A stretch of 64,000 nucleotides of DNA from a virus (taxonomy: Duplodnaviria; Heunggongvirae; Uroviricota; Caudoviricetes), in the IMG/VR virus record IMGVR_UViG_2778261224_000007; one strand, given 5' to 3'. This document shows, piece after piece, positions 54,659-64,000 of the stretch (position 1 is its first letter; each line of letters opens with the position of its first letter). A program made the position numbers and the translations under genes. A model generated the notes under the pieces. The model had not been told where the DNA came from. It worked only from the letters and a program-made list of their open reading frames with translations, and ran no database searches.

Positions 54659-55567
54659 TTGGCAATGGCACGCGTTTTTAACGAACAGAACACCACGAGA
54701 TATTGCTTTCGCTGGTGGGAAAACATTCCTAACCCACCTGAAGACGCAATACATCAGTTTTTAAGCAGAGAAAAGACTATGACAGCACAAAAAACTAAAA
54801 CCATTCAATACCGCCTACGTAATGGCCAGAGTGTCGAAGTGACCATCAATAATGATGGAGTACCTGGCGAAAAAGTTTCTATCTCTGATCTGGCTATCGA
54901 AAAAACCATCATGTGCCACCTTGGCTTTACTGAAGAAGTGAGCAAAAAGCATGGTGTAGCAATCTGGAGCGCAATGGATACTGGTATGCGCAAATTCATT
55001 ACTGCTCGTACCCCAGGGATGACCATGATGGACCTCATGCAGATTGCGCCGCTGTTTGAATGTGAGCCTTTAGATGTATTCAGCAATCCAGCTATCTGCC
55101 AGCAGTTATATGGTGAGATGAAACTCGCGGTTACCCCCATTGTGCTGCATGAAGGATCGCTTGCTGGCGTGTGGAAAGTAGAGCGTATTTCAAGCTACAT
55201 GCCTTTCCATGTCAACGGCGTAATCACTGGTGAAAATCAACCTGTTTCCGTTATAAAGTCAGACCTCAAGCGCGCAATTCTTGAAGCAAGTTGTCGAGTT
55301 GTCGGGCTGGGCAAACAGTCTTATGTTTCCTTCCCGGCTGGCCCTGAAGGCCCGGCAGAAATTCTGATTATGGATGCCGATCTGCTCTGGCAAATACAGT
55401 TTCTGATTGGCAAAAGCATCATCCGCGCTGAAGAACTCGATCAGTACATTACCTGCACGATGACGGATGAAGTCAAAAGTGTGGCTATAGCCAATGCCCG
55501 GAACCTATGTCGTGCTGCATTAACAGAACTGCAAGAAAACACCACGGAAGAAGTGGAAAGCGATTAA
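54659..55567 (+). CDS. hypothetical protein
   Basis: 302-aa ORF; internal ATG at 54779 is an alternative start. Confidence 0.45.
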   Translation: MAMARVFNEQNTTRYCFRWWENIPNPPEDAIHQFLSREKTMTAQKTKTIQYRLRNGQSVEVTINNDGVPGEKVSISDLAIEKTIMCHLGFTEEVSKKHGVAIWSAMDTGMRKFITARTPGMTMMDLMQIAPLFECEPLDVFSNPAICQQLYGEMKLAVTPIVLHEGSLAGVWKVERISSYMPFHVNGVITGENQPVSVIKSDLKRAILEASCRVVGLGKQSYVSFPAGPEGPAEILIMDADLLWQIQFLIGKSIIRAEELDQYITCTMTDEVKSVAIANARNLCRAALTELQENTTEEVESD

Positions 55568-55598
55568 AAAAAATCCCGCCGATTGGCGGGATTTCTTC
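55566..55598. terminator. bidirectional intrinsic terminator
   Basis: AAAAAAA-ATCCCGCC-GATT-GGCGGGAT-TTCTTC. Confidence 0.7.
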
Positions 55599-55905
55599 AA
55601 TATACGATCTGGTCTACATGATCACCAAAATCATCGTCGTCGTCCTCATCGCCACCATCTACTGCTGGCCAATCAACAAACCAGCCAGCGTAAAGATGCA
55701 GCGTTCGGAGAACATCACTTGCGGGAGCATCAAGGGTGTTAACGAATCCCATATAGCTATTGGGATTTGCTCCAGCTATGGCTTCAGCGATCATGTCCTC
55801 GGTAATGTCACCGGAGATAATGCTTAAACGCCCGGAAACTTCTTCATTATCATCAAATTCGATAATGGCATCTCCGCCTAATGGCGCTGCGATTTTAATC
55901 TGCAT
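55597..55905 (-). CDS. hypothetical protein with poly-Asp C-terminus
   Basis: 102-aa ORF, last gene of the dar operon, overlapping ddrB end. Confidence 0.5.
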   Translation of the reverse strand: MQIKIAAPLGGDAIIEFDDNEEVSGRLSIISGDITEDMIAEAIAGANPNSYMGFVNTLDAPASDVLRTLHLYAGWFVDWPAVDGGDEDDDDDFGDHVDQIVY

Positions 55906-58882
55906 TATTTAGCTCCTTTGCCACACCTAATAACAGTTCCAGCAATCCGTCACCATTCATCAGTGATGCGGCAGCGGCCTCTTTGTCATGATACAACTGA
56001 AGAGCCATAGAGAATACTTCCGTTGCTGACGTTTTGGAAATAGTCGGTGATTTCTGCCGAATTTTCCCGGAATTACTCACTGAGGCTGGCGGGTATACCT
56101 TCGCCATATAAATATTACTCAATCGAGATCTGAAGCACCATTCAGGCTTGCCACGCCCACCGATATTAACGAAAGATGGCTTATCCCCTTCAACATTGGC
56201 CTTCAGGAATGACCGGGCTTTCTCTAACAAACCAGGGTTACTGTACTCAAGATGATGACCCAGCTCGTGCCACAGTGCACTTGCATTTTCATCGTTCAAA
56301 TTGACAGCAACAACACCATTAAGATTTGCATATGCCCTTCCCTGGTGGTGAACCACCTTTGTTAAGGTCGAAATTTTACCGCCGGTCAGGCGATAAATAT
56401 CAGCAAGTTCCTTGCGCAGGTCTATCCCACCATTCTGTCCAGCGCGGGCTTCTTCCACTTCTTCCGTGATAAAAGAGTCGGCCCACTCAAGAGCTTTTTC
56501 TTCAGATACGGATGAGTTGGCGATCGCACTGTTCATGGCAGATAACACTTTCTCGTGGACCGAACCCATACTTCGCTGATTCATTTGCCAGCGTGTCTGC
56601 GGGTTATATGAGAATCGCTTAAGTAGTTGGTCAAGCTGCTCAAGTTCTTCTTCACTGACATACTTTTTAGCCTCACCAATAATGCCAGGGAGAATATTGC
56701 CGTTAGGATTAAACGCTCGCGAAAGGAAGAGTTTCAGCGCCCCCATGCCCTCCGATGCTTCAATATCACCAATAACCCGGTTAACAATGGCCGCACTCTT
56801 CGGATTAGCATCCGCCAACGCTCTGGCTACGATTTGCAGGGACGATACGACCTCACGCTGCATATCCGTCCTGATCTCATCAATAAACTCTGGCGTTATG
56901 CCGTGCTCTTTAAGGATATCCCGGCCTTCCGCCGTTACCCCATCGATATCACCGACATGTTTATTAACACGACTTTGCAATGCCTTAAATGCCTTCAGAA
57001 TTCCACGGGCATCATCCGCTTTACTAACGGCCTTCCTGAATGCTGGCAAGAAGTCAGAGTTAACCTCATTTTGTTGATCGGCCCACTGAATGGAGGCTTC
57101 TTTCATCTCGTCCAGAGTCAGATCACCCAACGCGGTATGGTCTGTGAATATGAGCGACAACCTCTGAACCATTTCTGCCAATGGTGATGCCGAATGCGCC
57201 GCGCTAAGGAATGCTTTCACCCTGGTTGGGCGAATGGAAAACCAGTCAATAGCTGGTGGCATATCTCCGTTTTTTATCGCCTGCGCTATCTCATCAAAGC
57301 CGTCGCGCCCAAGGGAGGATGCGTGATTTAACAATCCGCGAAGTAACGAATTGCTGATACCGAATAATCGGCACCATTTATTCACGTCGGCAACAGGCAT
57401 TCGAACAAAATGCGCAAGCACTTGTACAAGCTGTTCATCCTGGGGATCTGTACGGGAAAGCAGCCTGATCAGATGAATAATGTCTTTGATGCCGGATGCC
57501 CGATGTAATAGCAAGCTGGTATATGGAGCAACACCGTTGTAACTACCGCCGGAAACGGACTCGAAAAGACCGCCGGATATCCCTTGCATGCCTTCGTTTT
57601 CCAGTTCCTGAGACACCTGGCGAAGGATATCCTGTAACGACACATCACCACCGCCAAACATATCCCCCAGCGCCTGGCCCTGGTGCTGTAACTCATCATT
57701 GATACGTTGAGCCATCAATTTAAAGGCGGTGGCCATACGCTTCGCGCTACGGTTATTCGCGACGATGAACAACGCGAGAGCTTTCACTTCCGGGGCTGTT
57801 TCGCTGAACATATCCCCCTGAGCAATAACATCGGTAATATGTTGGCCTGACTCCTTCGATTGCCTTACCAGGTCTACCGCATCTTTCAATGCCGCCAGCG
57901 CCTTTTTATCGAGACTATCCGCTGTCTCAATACCATCAACAATAGTTGTCACAGCCTGCTTGTGCGCTTCTCCTGATAAAGCCTGCATCTGGACAAAATC
58001 ATTGGCTGCCGCATTAAGCGCCGTCAGAACATTACGCATATCCGGATCAGGTTCTTCTGCAACCATTCTTACCAGGCGCGCATCCTTATATGCCTTGGCA
58101 AAGATCGCGTTTTGTATACGGTCAACAAGTTGCCGTGTTGGTCGCCCATCTTCCGTTACAAGGCCAGCAGCCTGTGTGGCACCAACTTGCGTCATGAATC
58201 CGCGAATAAACGCGTCATTACTGCGGCTAAGCAGATCTCCGCTTTCTGATGGGTTAAACAGCGCCATCATCGCCGGAGTTATGCTGTCGGCATCAACAAA
58301 AGCCTTTTCACTGGCTGCCATTTCCTGGAGATCAGAAATATTTGAGTCCTTGGCAAACTGAACACGGTCAACCTTCGTTAACCGGCGGCGCACCAGTACC
58401 GGAGCCGTCATTGATTCAACCTTTTCAGGTCGTATTCCGAATTCGGTCGCATGTTCAATCAGGTACTCCCGATACCGATCCGCATTACCGTCCTGATAGG
58501 CTTTAATGATCCCCATGGTCCTCCCATTACCTGACTCAACGGCATTGTCCTCACCAATTATCGGCGCGCCATGGCTGGATAAACCGGAATCAGTAAGCTG
58601 AGCAGGCCGCAAATCTTTGGATATCTGGTTAACCTGAAGAAGGCTGGATGCGCGGGTCCGGTCGCGCGGTTGAAGTTCCTGGGGATAGTCAGGATTAATT
58701 TTCCCATCCAGAGTATTGGATACCAAAAGAGCTGAGGCATCGACGATATCAAACGCTGTTTTTACCTCGTCTCCCTTCGCTGTCACCACATACGAAACCC
58801 GCCCATAATCGGGCAGGTTCTTTAGCAGCTCGATCAGCGTTTCTATGCTGGTGGCCATTACCACCTGATCGCTTAAGCTCAT
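55895..58882 (-). CDS. ddrB: DdrB (DarA-operon virion protein)
   Basis: 995-aa ORF downstream of ddrA/darA; symbol from gene order and size. Confidence 0.6.
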   Translation of the reverse strand: MSLSDQVVMATSIETLIELLKNLPDYGRVSYVVTAKGDEVKTAFDIVDASALLVSNTLDGKINPDYPQELQPRDRTRASSLLQVNQISKDLRPAQLTDSGLSSHGAPIIGEDNAVESGNGRTMGIIKAYQDGNADRYREYLIEHATEFGIRPEKVESMTAPVLVRRRLTKVDRVQFAKDSNISDLQEMAASEKAFVDADSITPAMMALFNPSESGDLLSRSNDAFIRGFMTQVGATQAAGLVTEDGRPTRQLVDRIQNAIFAKAYKDARLVRMVAEEPDPDMRNVLTALNAAANDFVQMQALSGEAHKQAVTTIVDGIETADSLDKKALAALKDAVDLVRQSKESGQHITDVIAQGDMFSETAPEVKALALFIVANNRSAKRMATAFKLMAQRINDELQHQGQALGDMFGGGDVSLQDILRQVSQELENEGMQGISGGLFESVSGGSYNGVAPYTSLLLHRASGIKDIIHLIRLLSRTDPQDEQLVQVLAHFVRMPVADVNKWCRLFGISNSLLRGLLNHASSLGRDGFDEIAQAIKNGDMPPAIDWFSIRPTRVKAFLSAAHSASPLAEMVQRLSLIFTDHTALGDLTLDEMKEASIQWADQQNEVNSDFLPAFRKAVSKADDARGILKAFKALQSRVNKHVGDIDGVTAEGRDILKEHGITPEFIDEIRTDMQREVVSSLQIVARALADANPKSAAIVNRVIGDIEASEGMGALKLFLSRAFNPNGNILPGIIGEAKKYVSEEELEQLDQLLKRFSYNPQTRWQMNQRSMGSVHEKVLSAMNSAIANSSVSEEKALEWADSFITEEVEEARAGQNGGIDLRKELADIYRLTGGKISTLTKVVHHQGRAYANLNGVVAVNLNDENASALWHELGHHLEYSNPGLLEKARSFLKANVEGDKPSFVNIGGRGKPEWCFRSRLSNIYMAKVYPPASVSNSGKIRQKSPTISKTSATEVFSMALQLYHDKEAAAASLMNGDGLLELLLGVAKELNNAD

Positions 58883-58894
58883 CCCTGTTACGCC

Positions 58895-59260
58895 TTATGC
58901 TGCCTCTTTAATGTTGGCGGCTATCCATGCCGCCGTGTGCTGTTTAACCTGGTCCAGGTCGATGTATGTGCCAACATATTGATTCAAATCCTGCAAGGTA
59001 CCGATAAATGCATCGGTGCTCTGATCGACGAATTTATCAGCCAGGAAATCAGCAACCAGTTTTGGCACACCATCATGTTCCGAAGGTTGTTTTTCCTCGC
59101 CACTACCACCGCCGGACGCGCCGTACCCCATCTGTTGCATGATCTGGTCAATTTCATCGCTGATATCCAGCAACTCCATACCACTCGCGGTAGCCGCTTT
59201 GGACATCAGAGCATCCAACTTATCGCTGAGATCCATTAACTCAATAGCTGATAGTGTCAT
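58895..59260 (-). CDS. ddrA: DdrA
   Basis: 121-aa ORF overlapping darA stop; symbol from gene order. Confidence 0.6.
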   Translation of the reverse strand: MTLSAIELMDLSDKLDALMSKAATASGMELLDISDEIDQIMQQMGYGASGGGSGEEKQPSEHDGVPKLVADFLADKFVDQSTDAFIGTLQDLNQYVGTYIDLDQVKQHTAAWIAANIKEAA

Positions 59261-61176
59261 GCCGCTACCCCCGCTTTCTGGATTGCTACCAACAGATCAG
59301 CCAGGTGGCGAGCTGCGCCGTTAACCAGCTCTTCGTTTTCCTCAAAACGTCCGGCAGCCTGAAGGGCTGCAATCGCTTCCCGGACATTGCCCCGGGCGTT
59401 ACGGATCTCCGCCATGTCAGTGCTTTGCATATCCATCACGTTATTGAGATATTCAATGGCTTTATTAGCCTCTGCATCTGCTTCGCTAACCGTTTCATCA
59501 GGCTGTGCCGGGGCCGGTTCTGGCTGAGTAATCTCACCGACTTCGGCCTGCAATGCATTGATCATGCTCTGCACCATTTTCTCGGTGCCAGCGCCCCCAG
59601 GAAACGCAATATTGGGGAAAGTTTTTTGAAACTGAGTTTTCAGCATTACGCGGAACTCGTCTGGTGAGCTGGTGGCCAGCTCCAGAGCTTTTTGTGCATA
59701 TTTGCCAAACGGACCATTAGTAAGTGTCTTCGCCAGGAAATCGAAAGAATCCTCGCGAGGCAATAACTTCAGGTCGTACTCACTCATTTGCTGATCAGAA
59801 AGCGGGGTATCGTAAGTAGCAATGCCGTAGCGTGCATATTCATAATACGGGTCACCTTCATCAGGGCGCGGCAGAATTGCTTTGTTACCTTCAGGTATTG
59901 CGCCAGGGGCCGCCGGACGCATTTGCAGGGCATATCGATATGCACCTACAGAGACTTCTGGTTCAGGCGAAGAGCTACCGGTATCCTCCGCTGGTTCAGG
60001 TTCGACGTTTTCCGGTTTATGTTCTTCTGGTTGGACCAGGTATTCCGATACATTACCCGCTTTATAGGCTTTAAACAGCTTGCCGATCGCATCTGCCATG
60101 TCCACACCCTGTATGGATTTAGCCTTGATCATGTATACGCTGCCATCCGGATCGGTTAACTGGATATACCCTTCGCCGTCCCCAATGAATTGCTTCATTG
60201 ATGCACCATTACTGAGCGTCGCTTCCCCGTCCATATGCATACGATTTTTGATACTGGCAAGGCGATCCGTCAGCGCGCGAGAGTGCCCACCAGTCATCCC
60301 CGCAGGGGCAATGGTATCGCGCCCACCAGTGCGATTGAGCCGATCAATCTCCCCCTGCAAACGCTCATTCTCTTCATAAAGAGAATCCGCTTCCGATGCA
60401 ACAGCGTTAATTTTCTGCTCCAGATCTGCCTTCTGCCCTTCTACCGCTGCCACCTGATCCGCGAGGTCGCTCATGGCGTCCTCTTTCTGGTCACTGTCAG
60501 CCTGTAGTTGGGTTATTTCATCAACAAGGGCTTTTTTCTTCTTCTGCGCACGCTGGAATTTTGCCGAGTTTTTCTCTGCAAGGTTGGCAAGTTTCATGGT
60601 GACCTGCGCCAGCGTCATATCACGTCCACTCATCGGAGCAACGGTGTGAGTAACGTCTTTTTTATTCAGTAAGAACTGGAAAGCAACCAGCGTATCGCTA
60701 TTGGTGATCCGGTTTTCCGCTGTCGGGCTATGAAACAGAATGCTGATAGTCTGACCATCACTGAGCGGAATAATGGCTGGCAGGACCGGCAGCCCGTTAA
60801 CGTTACGTGCCCGGCCAATTTCAGCACCGCCGATCGCGCGCGCGCCGCTCTGGGCCACATCCCCCGTTTTATCACTCCCCGCAGAGATTCCGGTACCATT
60901 CAGCTTCTGGTTCAATGCCCGGACAAATGCCTGCATGGTCCGGTGTAACTGCAAACGAGTAGAACTAATCGCCTCCAGTAAATCCGTAGCACACCAGTGG
61001 ATCGGCGTGTCATAGAAGAACGTAGCCTCGATTTCCTCCAGGGTGTTGGATTCCGTCATCAGATAGCGGTCCTCACCGGCCATTAATGCGCGATATTCAT
61101 CATCAGTCACTGGCGGGGGAAGCACGTCAAGCCCAGGCTTGATCGTCACCCCTTTATTGATATTGAACTGTTCCAT
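59257..61176 (-). CDS. darA: DarA antirestriction/internal head protein
   Basis: 639-aa ORF; the upstream 203-aa gene is a visible paralogue of its central segment. Confidence 0.7.
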   Translation of the reverse strand: MEQFNINKGVTIKPGLDVLPPPVTDDEYRALMAGEDRYLMTESNTLEEIEATFFYDTPIHWCATDLLEAISSTRLQLHRTMQAFVRALNQKLNGTGISAGSDKTGDVAQSGARAIGGAEIGRARNVNGLPVLPAIIPLSDGQTISILFHSPTAENRITNSDTLVAFQFLLNKKDVTHTVAPMSGRDMTLAQVTMKLANLAEKNSAKFQRAQKKKKALVDEITQLQADSDQKEDAMSDLADQVAAVEGQKADLEQKINAVASEADSLYEENERLQGEIDRLNRTGGRDTIAPAGMTGGHSRALTDRLASIKNRMHMDGEATLSNGASMKQFIGDGEGYIQLTDPDGSVYMIKAKSIQGVDMADAIGKLFKAYKAGNVSEYLVQPEEHKPENVEPEPAEDTGSSSPEPEVSVGAYRYALQMRPAAPGAIPEGNKAILPRPDEGDPYYEYARYGIATYDTPLSDQQMSEYDLKLLPREDSFDFLAKTLTNGPFGKYAQKALELATSSPDEFRVMLKTQFQKTFPNIAFPGGAGTEKMVQSMINALQAEVGEITQPEPAPAQPDETVSEADAEANKAIEYLNNVMDMQSTDMAEIRNARGNVREAIAALQAAGRFEENEELVNGAARHLADLLVAIQKAGVAA

Positions 61177-61177
61177 G

Positions 61178-61789
61178 TTAATTTCCTGCTTTCAGTTGCT
61201 TAAGACGGCGTTTGAGTTCGCCATTTCGGGCCTTTTCGTTATTGAGTCGGCCTGTCTCCTTATCCAGCTTCGCCCGCAAATCAGTGATCTGCTGTTGATT
61301 GAAAGACACCGAGTTCTGCGCTGATTTATAAGCGGCAACCACCTGAGCATTCCGCTGTTTTGCCTCTTGCAGGCGCTGAAAGTTGGATTTTACTGCCGGT
61401 TTCTTGTCTACCGGATTGGCAACACGTTTCGCTTTGGCGATCAGTGATTTCTGGAATTTTGCGGAGTTTTTGCGGGCCGCTTGCCCCATGACGGTACCAA
61501 GCGTCTTGATATCCGGCGACTGAGCGTTAGGAATAGCTTTTCCATTCAGCCTCACAGACGATATATCGCCAGTATCGTTTACCTGTATGGCAAGAATTTG
61601 TCCGTCGTTAAGAACCAGCTTTGCGGTTTTAACTTTAACGCCATCTTTCGTTGTTGCGCGGTTGCTGGAGTCAACCTCAATTACCGTAACACCGGTTTTA
61701 TTGATCGCCGCGATAAGGGATTTCAGCCCCTTTTCATTAACCTGGTCAAAATCGACCGTTGCATACTTATTTTTCGTCATCTGACACAT
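61178..61789 (-). CDS. hdf: Hdf (homologue of a DarA fragment)
   Basis: LNDGQILAIQV and RKNSAKFQKSLIAKAK mirror DarA LSDGQTISILF and EKNSAKFQRAQKKKKA; real start may be ATG 61780. Confidence 0.65.
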   Translation of the reverse strand: MCQMTKNKYATVDFDQVNEKGLKSLIAAINKTGVTVIEVDSSNRATTKDGVKVKTAKLVLNDGQILAIQVNDTGDISSVRLNGKAIPNAQSPDIKTLGTVMGQAARKNSAKFQKSLIAKAKRVANPVDKKPAVKSNFQRLQEAKQRNAQVVAAYKSAQNSVSFNQQQITDLRAKLDKETGRLNNEKARNGELKRRLKQLKAGN

Positions 61790-62210
61790 CCTGTGCGAGA
61801 TTTATTACGTAACTTCTGCGGATTTGCTGAGTAACAGGGAAAATCCGATACAACGGGTTAATGAACGAGTCGCCATGCGTAACCATGACGTTGAAATGCC
61901 ACAGTCGCTCTCCTTTACCCATATATTCAGTGGGTATGTACAACCATTCACTGTTTTCGCCCTGTTCAGCCGACGTCAAACAACGTTGTTCGCCTTCAAT
62001 CACTGTCGTCGGCTTCTGAACATCGCGGATCCAATATCTGACCGTTGCGCCGCGCAAAAACGGGAATTTAGACCGGTATTTGAACGGCACCCGGATGAAA
62101 CCCGGTTTAATTTCCACATCACCAAGTTCTAAATGCGTGATGTCCTTGCGTTTTAGCAAATAGCGATCGGCTAAGGCTAACGCAAGAACGCATACACCCC
62201 AGCCAATCAT
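61767..62210 (-). CDS. lydB: LydB (antiholin-like lysis regulator)
   Basis: 147-aa ORF immediately after the holin gene, stop/start overlap. Confidence 0.6.
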   Translation of the reverse strand: MIGWGVCVLALALADRYLLKRKDITHLELGDVEIKPGFIRVPFKYRSKFPFLRGATVRYWIRDVQKPTTVIEGEQRCLTSAEQGENSEWLYIPTEYMGKGERLWHFNVMVTHGDSFINPLYRIFPVTQQIRRSYVINLAQDVSDDEK

Positions 62211-62536
62211 TTCCCGCCTCCCTTTTTCACCAAACTTGTAAGAACATTCAGAATGCTATCGATATTCACTCGTTTCATCCCTGAAATCACCTCATGACCG
62301 TTATTGCTGGCTATCGTTACCATTAAGTACGTAATTGATAACTCCCAGCCCTCGTGTTGCCCCAATAGGTACGCCACCGCGCCAGCTGTCACTGCAACAA
62401 AGATCTCCGTAACCAATCCCAACAAATTGCCAGACTGGCGACCGTCTCGGACATCCATCAGGAACGTGCCTATCCCACCAATTACTGAAAGCAGGAGCGC
62501 AATAGCAACTGGAGCTAATTCCTGTGTGTCAAGCAC
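62207..62536 (-). CDS. lydA: holin LydA
   Basis: 109 aa, two or three TM segments, charged C-terminus. Confidence 0.7.
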   Translation of the reverse strand: MLDTQELAPVAIALLLSVIGGIGTFLMDVRDGRQSGNLLGLVTEIFVAVTAGAVAYLLGQHEGWELSITYLMVTIASNNGHEVISGMKRVNIDSILNVLTSLVKKGGGK

Positions 62537-62610
62537 AAGTTCCCTCCTACGTTGTCAGGAGGTAATGGTATGCAAAGTAACTTCTCAACCGGTTATGTTG
62601 CATAAGAGAC

Positions 62611-62874
62611 TTACCTATTCAACCGACTTTTGGAACCTTCAATAATAAGCCTGCTATTGGCGCTGAAAATAAGAACCATGCAGCTCTGAAGGCTTTCATT
62701 CATGTCCTTATATTCCGCGAGATACATGCCAATAAAGCCAGCAAGTACGGCGGAAATACATTCGGCCAGCAATTTCTTGCATGAAGACTCGTAACGGTTT
62801 TCACATAGCCCACTCAAATACGAATACACCCCACCAAGAAGGGATAACATCACGATATGTACATAAAATGTCAT
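62611..62874 (-). CDS. small membrane protein (holin-like)
   Basis: 87-aa ORF with two hydrophobic segments upstream of lydA. Confidence 0.4.
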   Translation of the reverse strand: MTFYVHIVMLSLLGGVYSYLSGLCENRYESSCKKLLAECISAVLAGFIGMYLAEYKDMNESLQSCMVLIFSANSRLIIEGSKSRLNR

Positions 62875-63309
62875 TTTTTACCTATACAACAGTAAGTTGA
62901 ACAACATTTGAGAACGGTATGCACTTTGTGATTTCCACACACACTGGTTTTGTTAATTAAAACCTGTAGCTTGCAATAAATAACGATAGTGGGCAGAAAA
63001 TATGTTAATAGGCTATGTATGCATATAGACAAATGAACAAAACACAGCTATGCAGTGAAAAGCACTTGAAAGCGCAGGATGTGAGCTAATTTTTGCGAAT
63101 AAGGCGAGCAGCAAAAAAACTGGGCACCCTGGGTTAAAAAAGGTTCTGCGTATGCTTTCCAGAGGTGATACCCTAGTCTCGGACTAGGGACAACATTTCG
63201 AGAACAGTTTTCATTAGCGGTCAGCAGGCGCTAGATACATCGAATTGATGTGCCGCGCGATAAATGTACCTATTCTATCAAGATAAATTACACCGACGCG
63301 GCATTAGAA

Positions 63310-63882
63310 TTACAGCTCAGATTGAGTTTGGCGCTTCTCTACAGGATGATAACGATAAATCGTCGATACACCGATATCGTAAATAATTGCCAACTGTTTC
63401 CTGCTGTAGCCATTTTCGATCAACCTCGCTATTTGCTCATGTTGTTCTTTTGTCAACTTCGGGCGACGTCCGCCAATGCGTCCCTGTTCGCGTGCAGCTG
63501 CCAGTCCGGCCAGTGTTCTCTCAACAATTAATTCACGTTCCATTTCTGCTAAAGCACCCATGACATGAAAAAAGAAACGCCCCATGGGTGTTGATGTGTC
63601 AATACTGTCTGTCAGACTACGGAAATTAACACCTTTTTCCCGCAACTCCTCTATAAGCGTGATAAGGTGTTTCATACTTCTGCCAAGCCTATCCAGCTTC
63701 CAGACAACCAGCGTATCTCCTTCTGATAACGTTCTGAGCAGCTTTTTCAAGCCTGGTCTGGCTGACTTTGTTCCGCTTATTTTATCTTCAAAAATCAGTT
63801 CACATCCTGCGCAATTCAGTGCATTTCTTTGTAAATCTGTGTTTTGGTCATTTGTTGACACACGAATGTAGCCAATTTGCAT
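63310..63882 (-). CDS. cin: DNA invertase, serine recombinase (Cin/Hin/Gin family)
   Basis: IGYIRVSTNDQNTDLQRNAL, TLVVWKLDRLGRS, PMGRFFFHVMGALAEMERELIVERT; start at ATG 63882. Confidence 0.85.
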   Translation of the reverse strand: MQIGYIRVSTNDQNTDLQRNALNCAGCELIFEDKISGTKSARPGLKKLLRTLSEGDTLVVWKLDRLGRSMKHLITLIEELREKGVNFRSLTDSIDTSTPMGRFFFHVMGALAEMERELIVERTLAGLAAAREQGRIGGRRPKLTKEQHEQIARLIENGYSRKQLAIIYDIGVSTIYRYHPVEKRQTQSEL

Positions 63883-63934
63883 GAAAAACAACCTCTTTGT
63901 TTAGTTAAAAATACATCGTTGGTATAGGTAGGGA

Positions 63935-63960
63935 TTAAGACTAAAACGTTGGTTTAGGGG
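63935..63960. other. possible cix-like crossover site (imperfect palindrome) just upstream of cin
   Basis: TTAAGACTAAAACGTTGGTTTAGGGG. Confidence 0.25.
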
Positions 63961-64000
63961 AAGGCTCGGCGCTGCCCGTTGGTGTACCTATTCCATGGCC

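Noticed and set aside
63310-63882. Transposase / IS element
   Set aside because: The recombinase is a Cin/Hin-type serine invertase with no terminal inverted repeats of an IS; no IS1 copy (present in some P1 isolates) was seen in this window

Overview
This window reads as about two-thirds of a P1-like temperate phage-plasmid genome (E. coli phage P1 family). Diagnostic elements seen directly: an exact loxP site followed by cre, cra, ref and mat; the immC region (c1 and coi, convergent with an antirepressor-like gene); at least 15 copies of the C1 operator motif ATTGCTCTAATAAATTT in front of operons; the lpa-pacA-pacB block with the GATC-hexamer pac site inside pacA; an iteron-flanked repA plasmid replicon; hrdC (RdgC homologue), the 754-aa bifunctional methyltransferase dmt, three tRNA genes, a TerB-like tci module, the DnaB-like helicase ban, a minus-strand baseplate/tail operon, phd-doc, lxc-ulx-darB (2255 aa), portal and protease, the SAR endolysin lyz, ssb, the ddrB-ddrA-darA-hdf-lydB-lydA operon and a Cin-type invertase. 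Two regions depart from the P1 reference. (1) Where P1 carries its type III res-mod system after mat, there is an AT-rich, translationally coupled two-gene cassette: a 346-aa protein of unrecognised family plus a 169-aa protein with a DNPH1/nucleoside 2-deoxyribosyltransferase-like catalytic motif. This is the best candidate for an undescribed defence or counter-defence module. (2) A complete type I R-M operon (hsdM, half-size hsdS, hsdR) sits next to phd-doc. Gene symbols are assigned from motif recognition, gene order and protein length; no database search was run, and several start codons (GTG/TTG) are uncertain.
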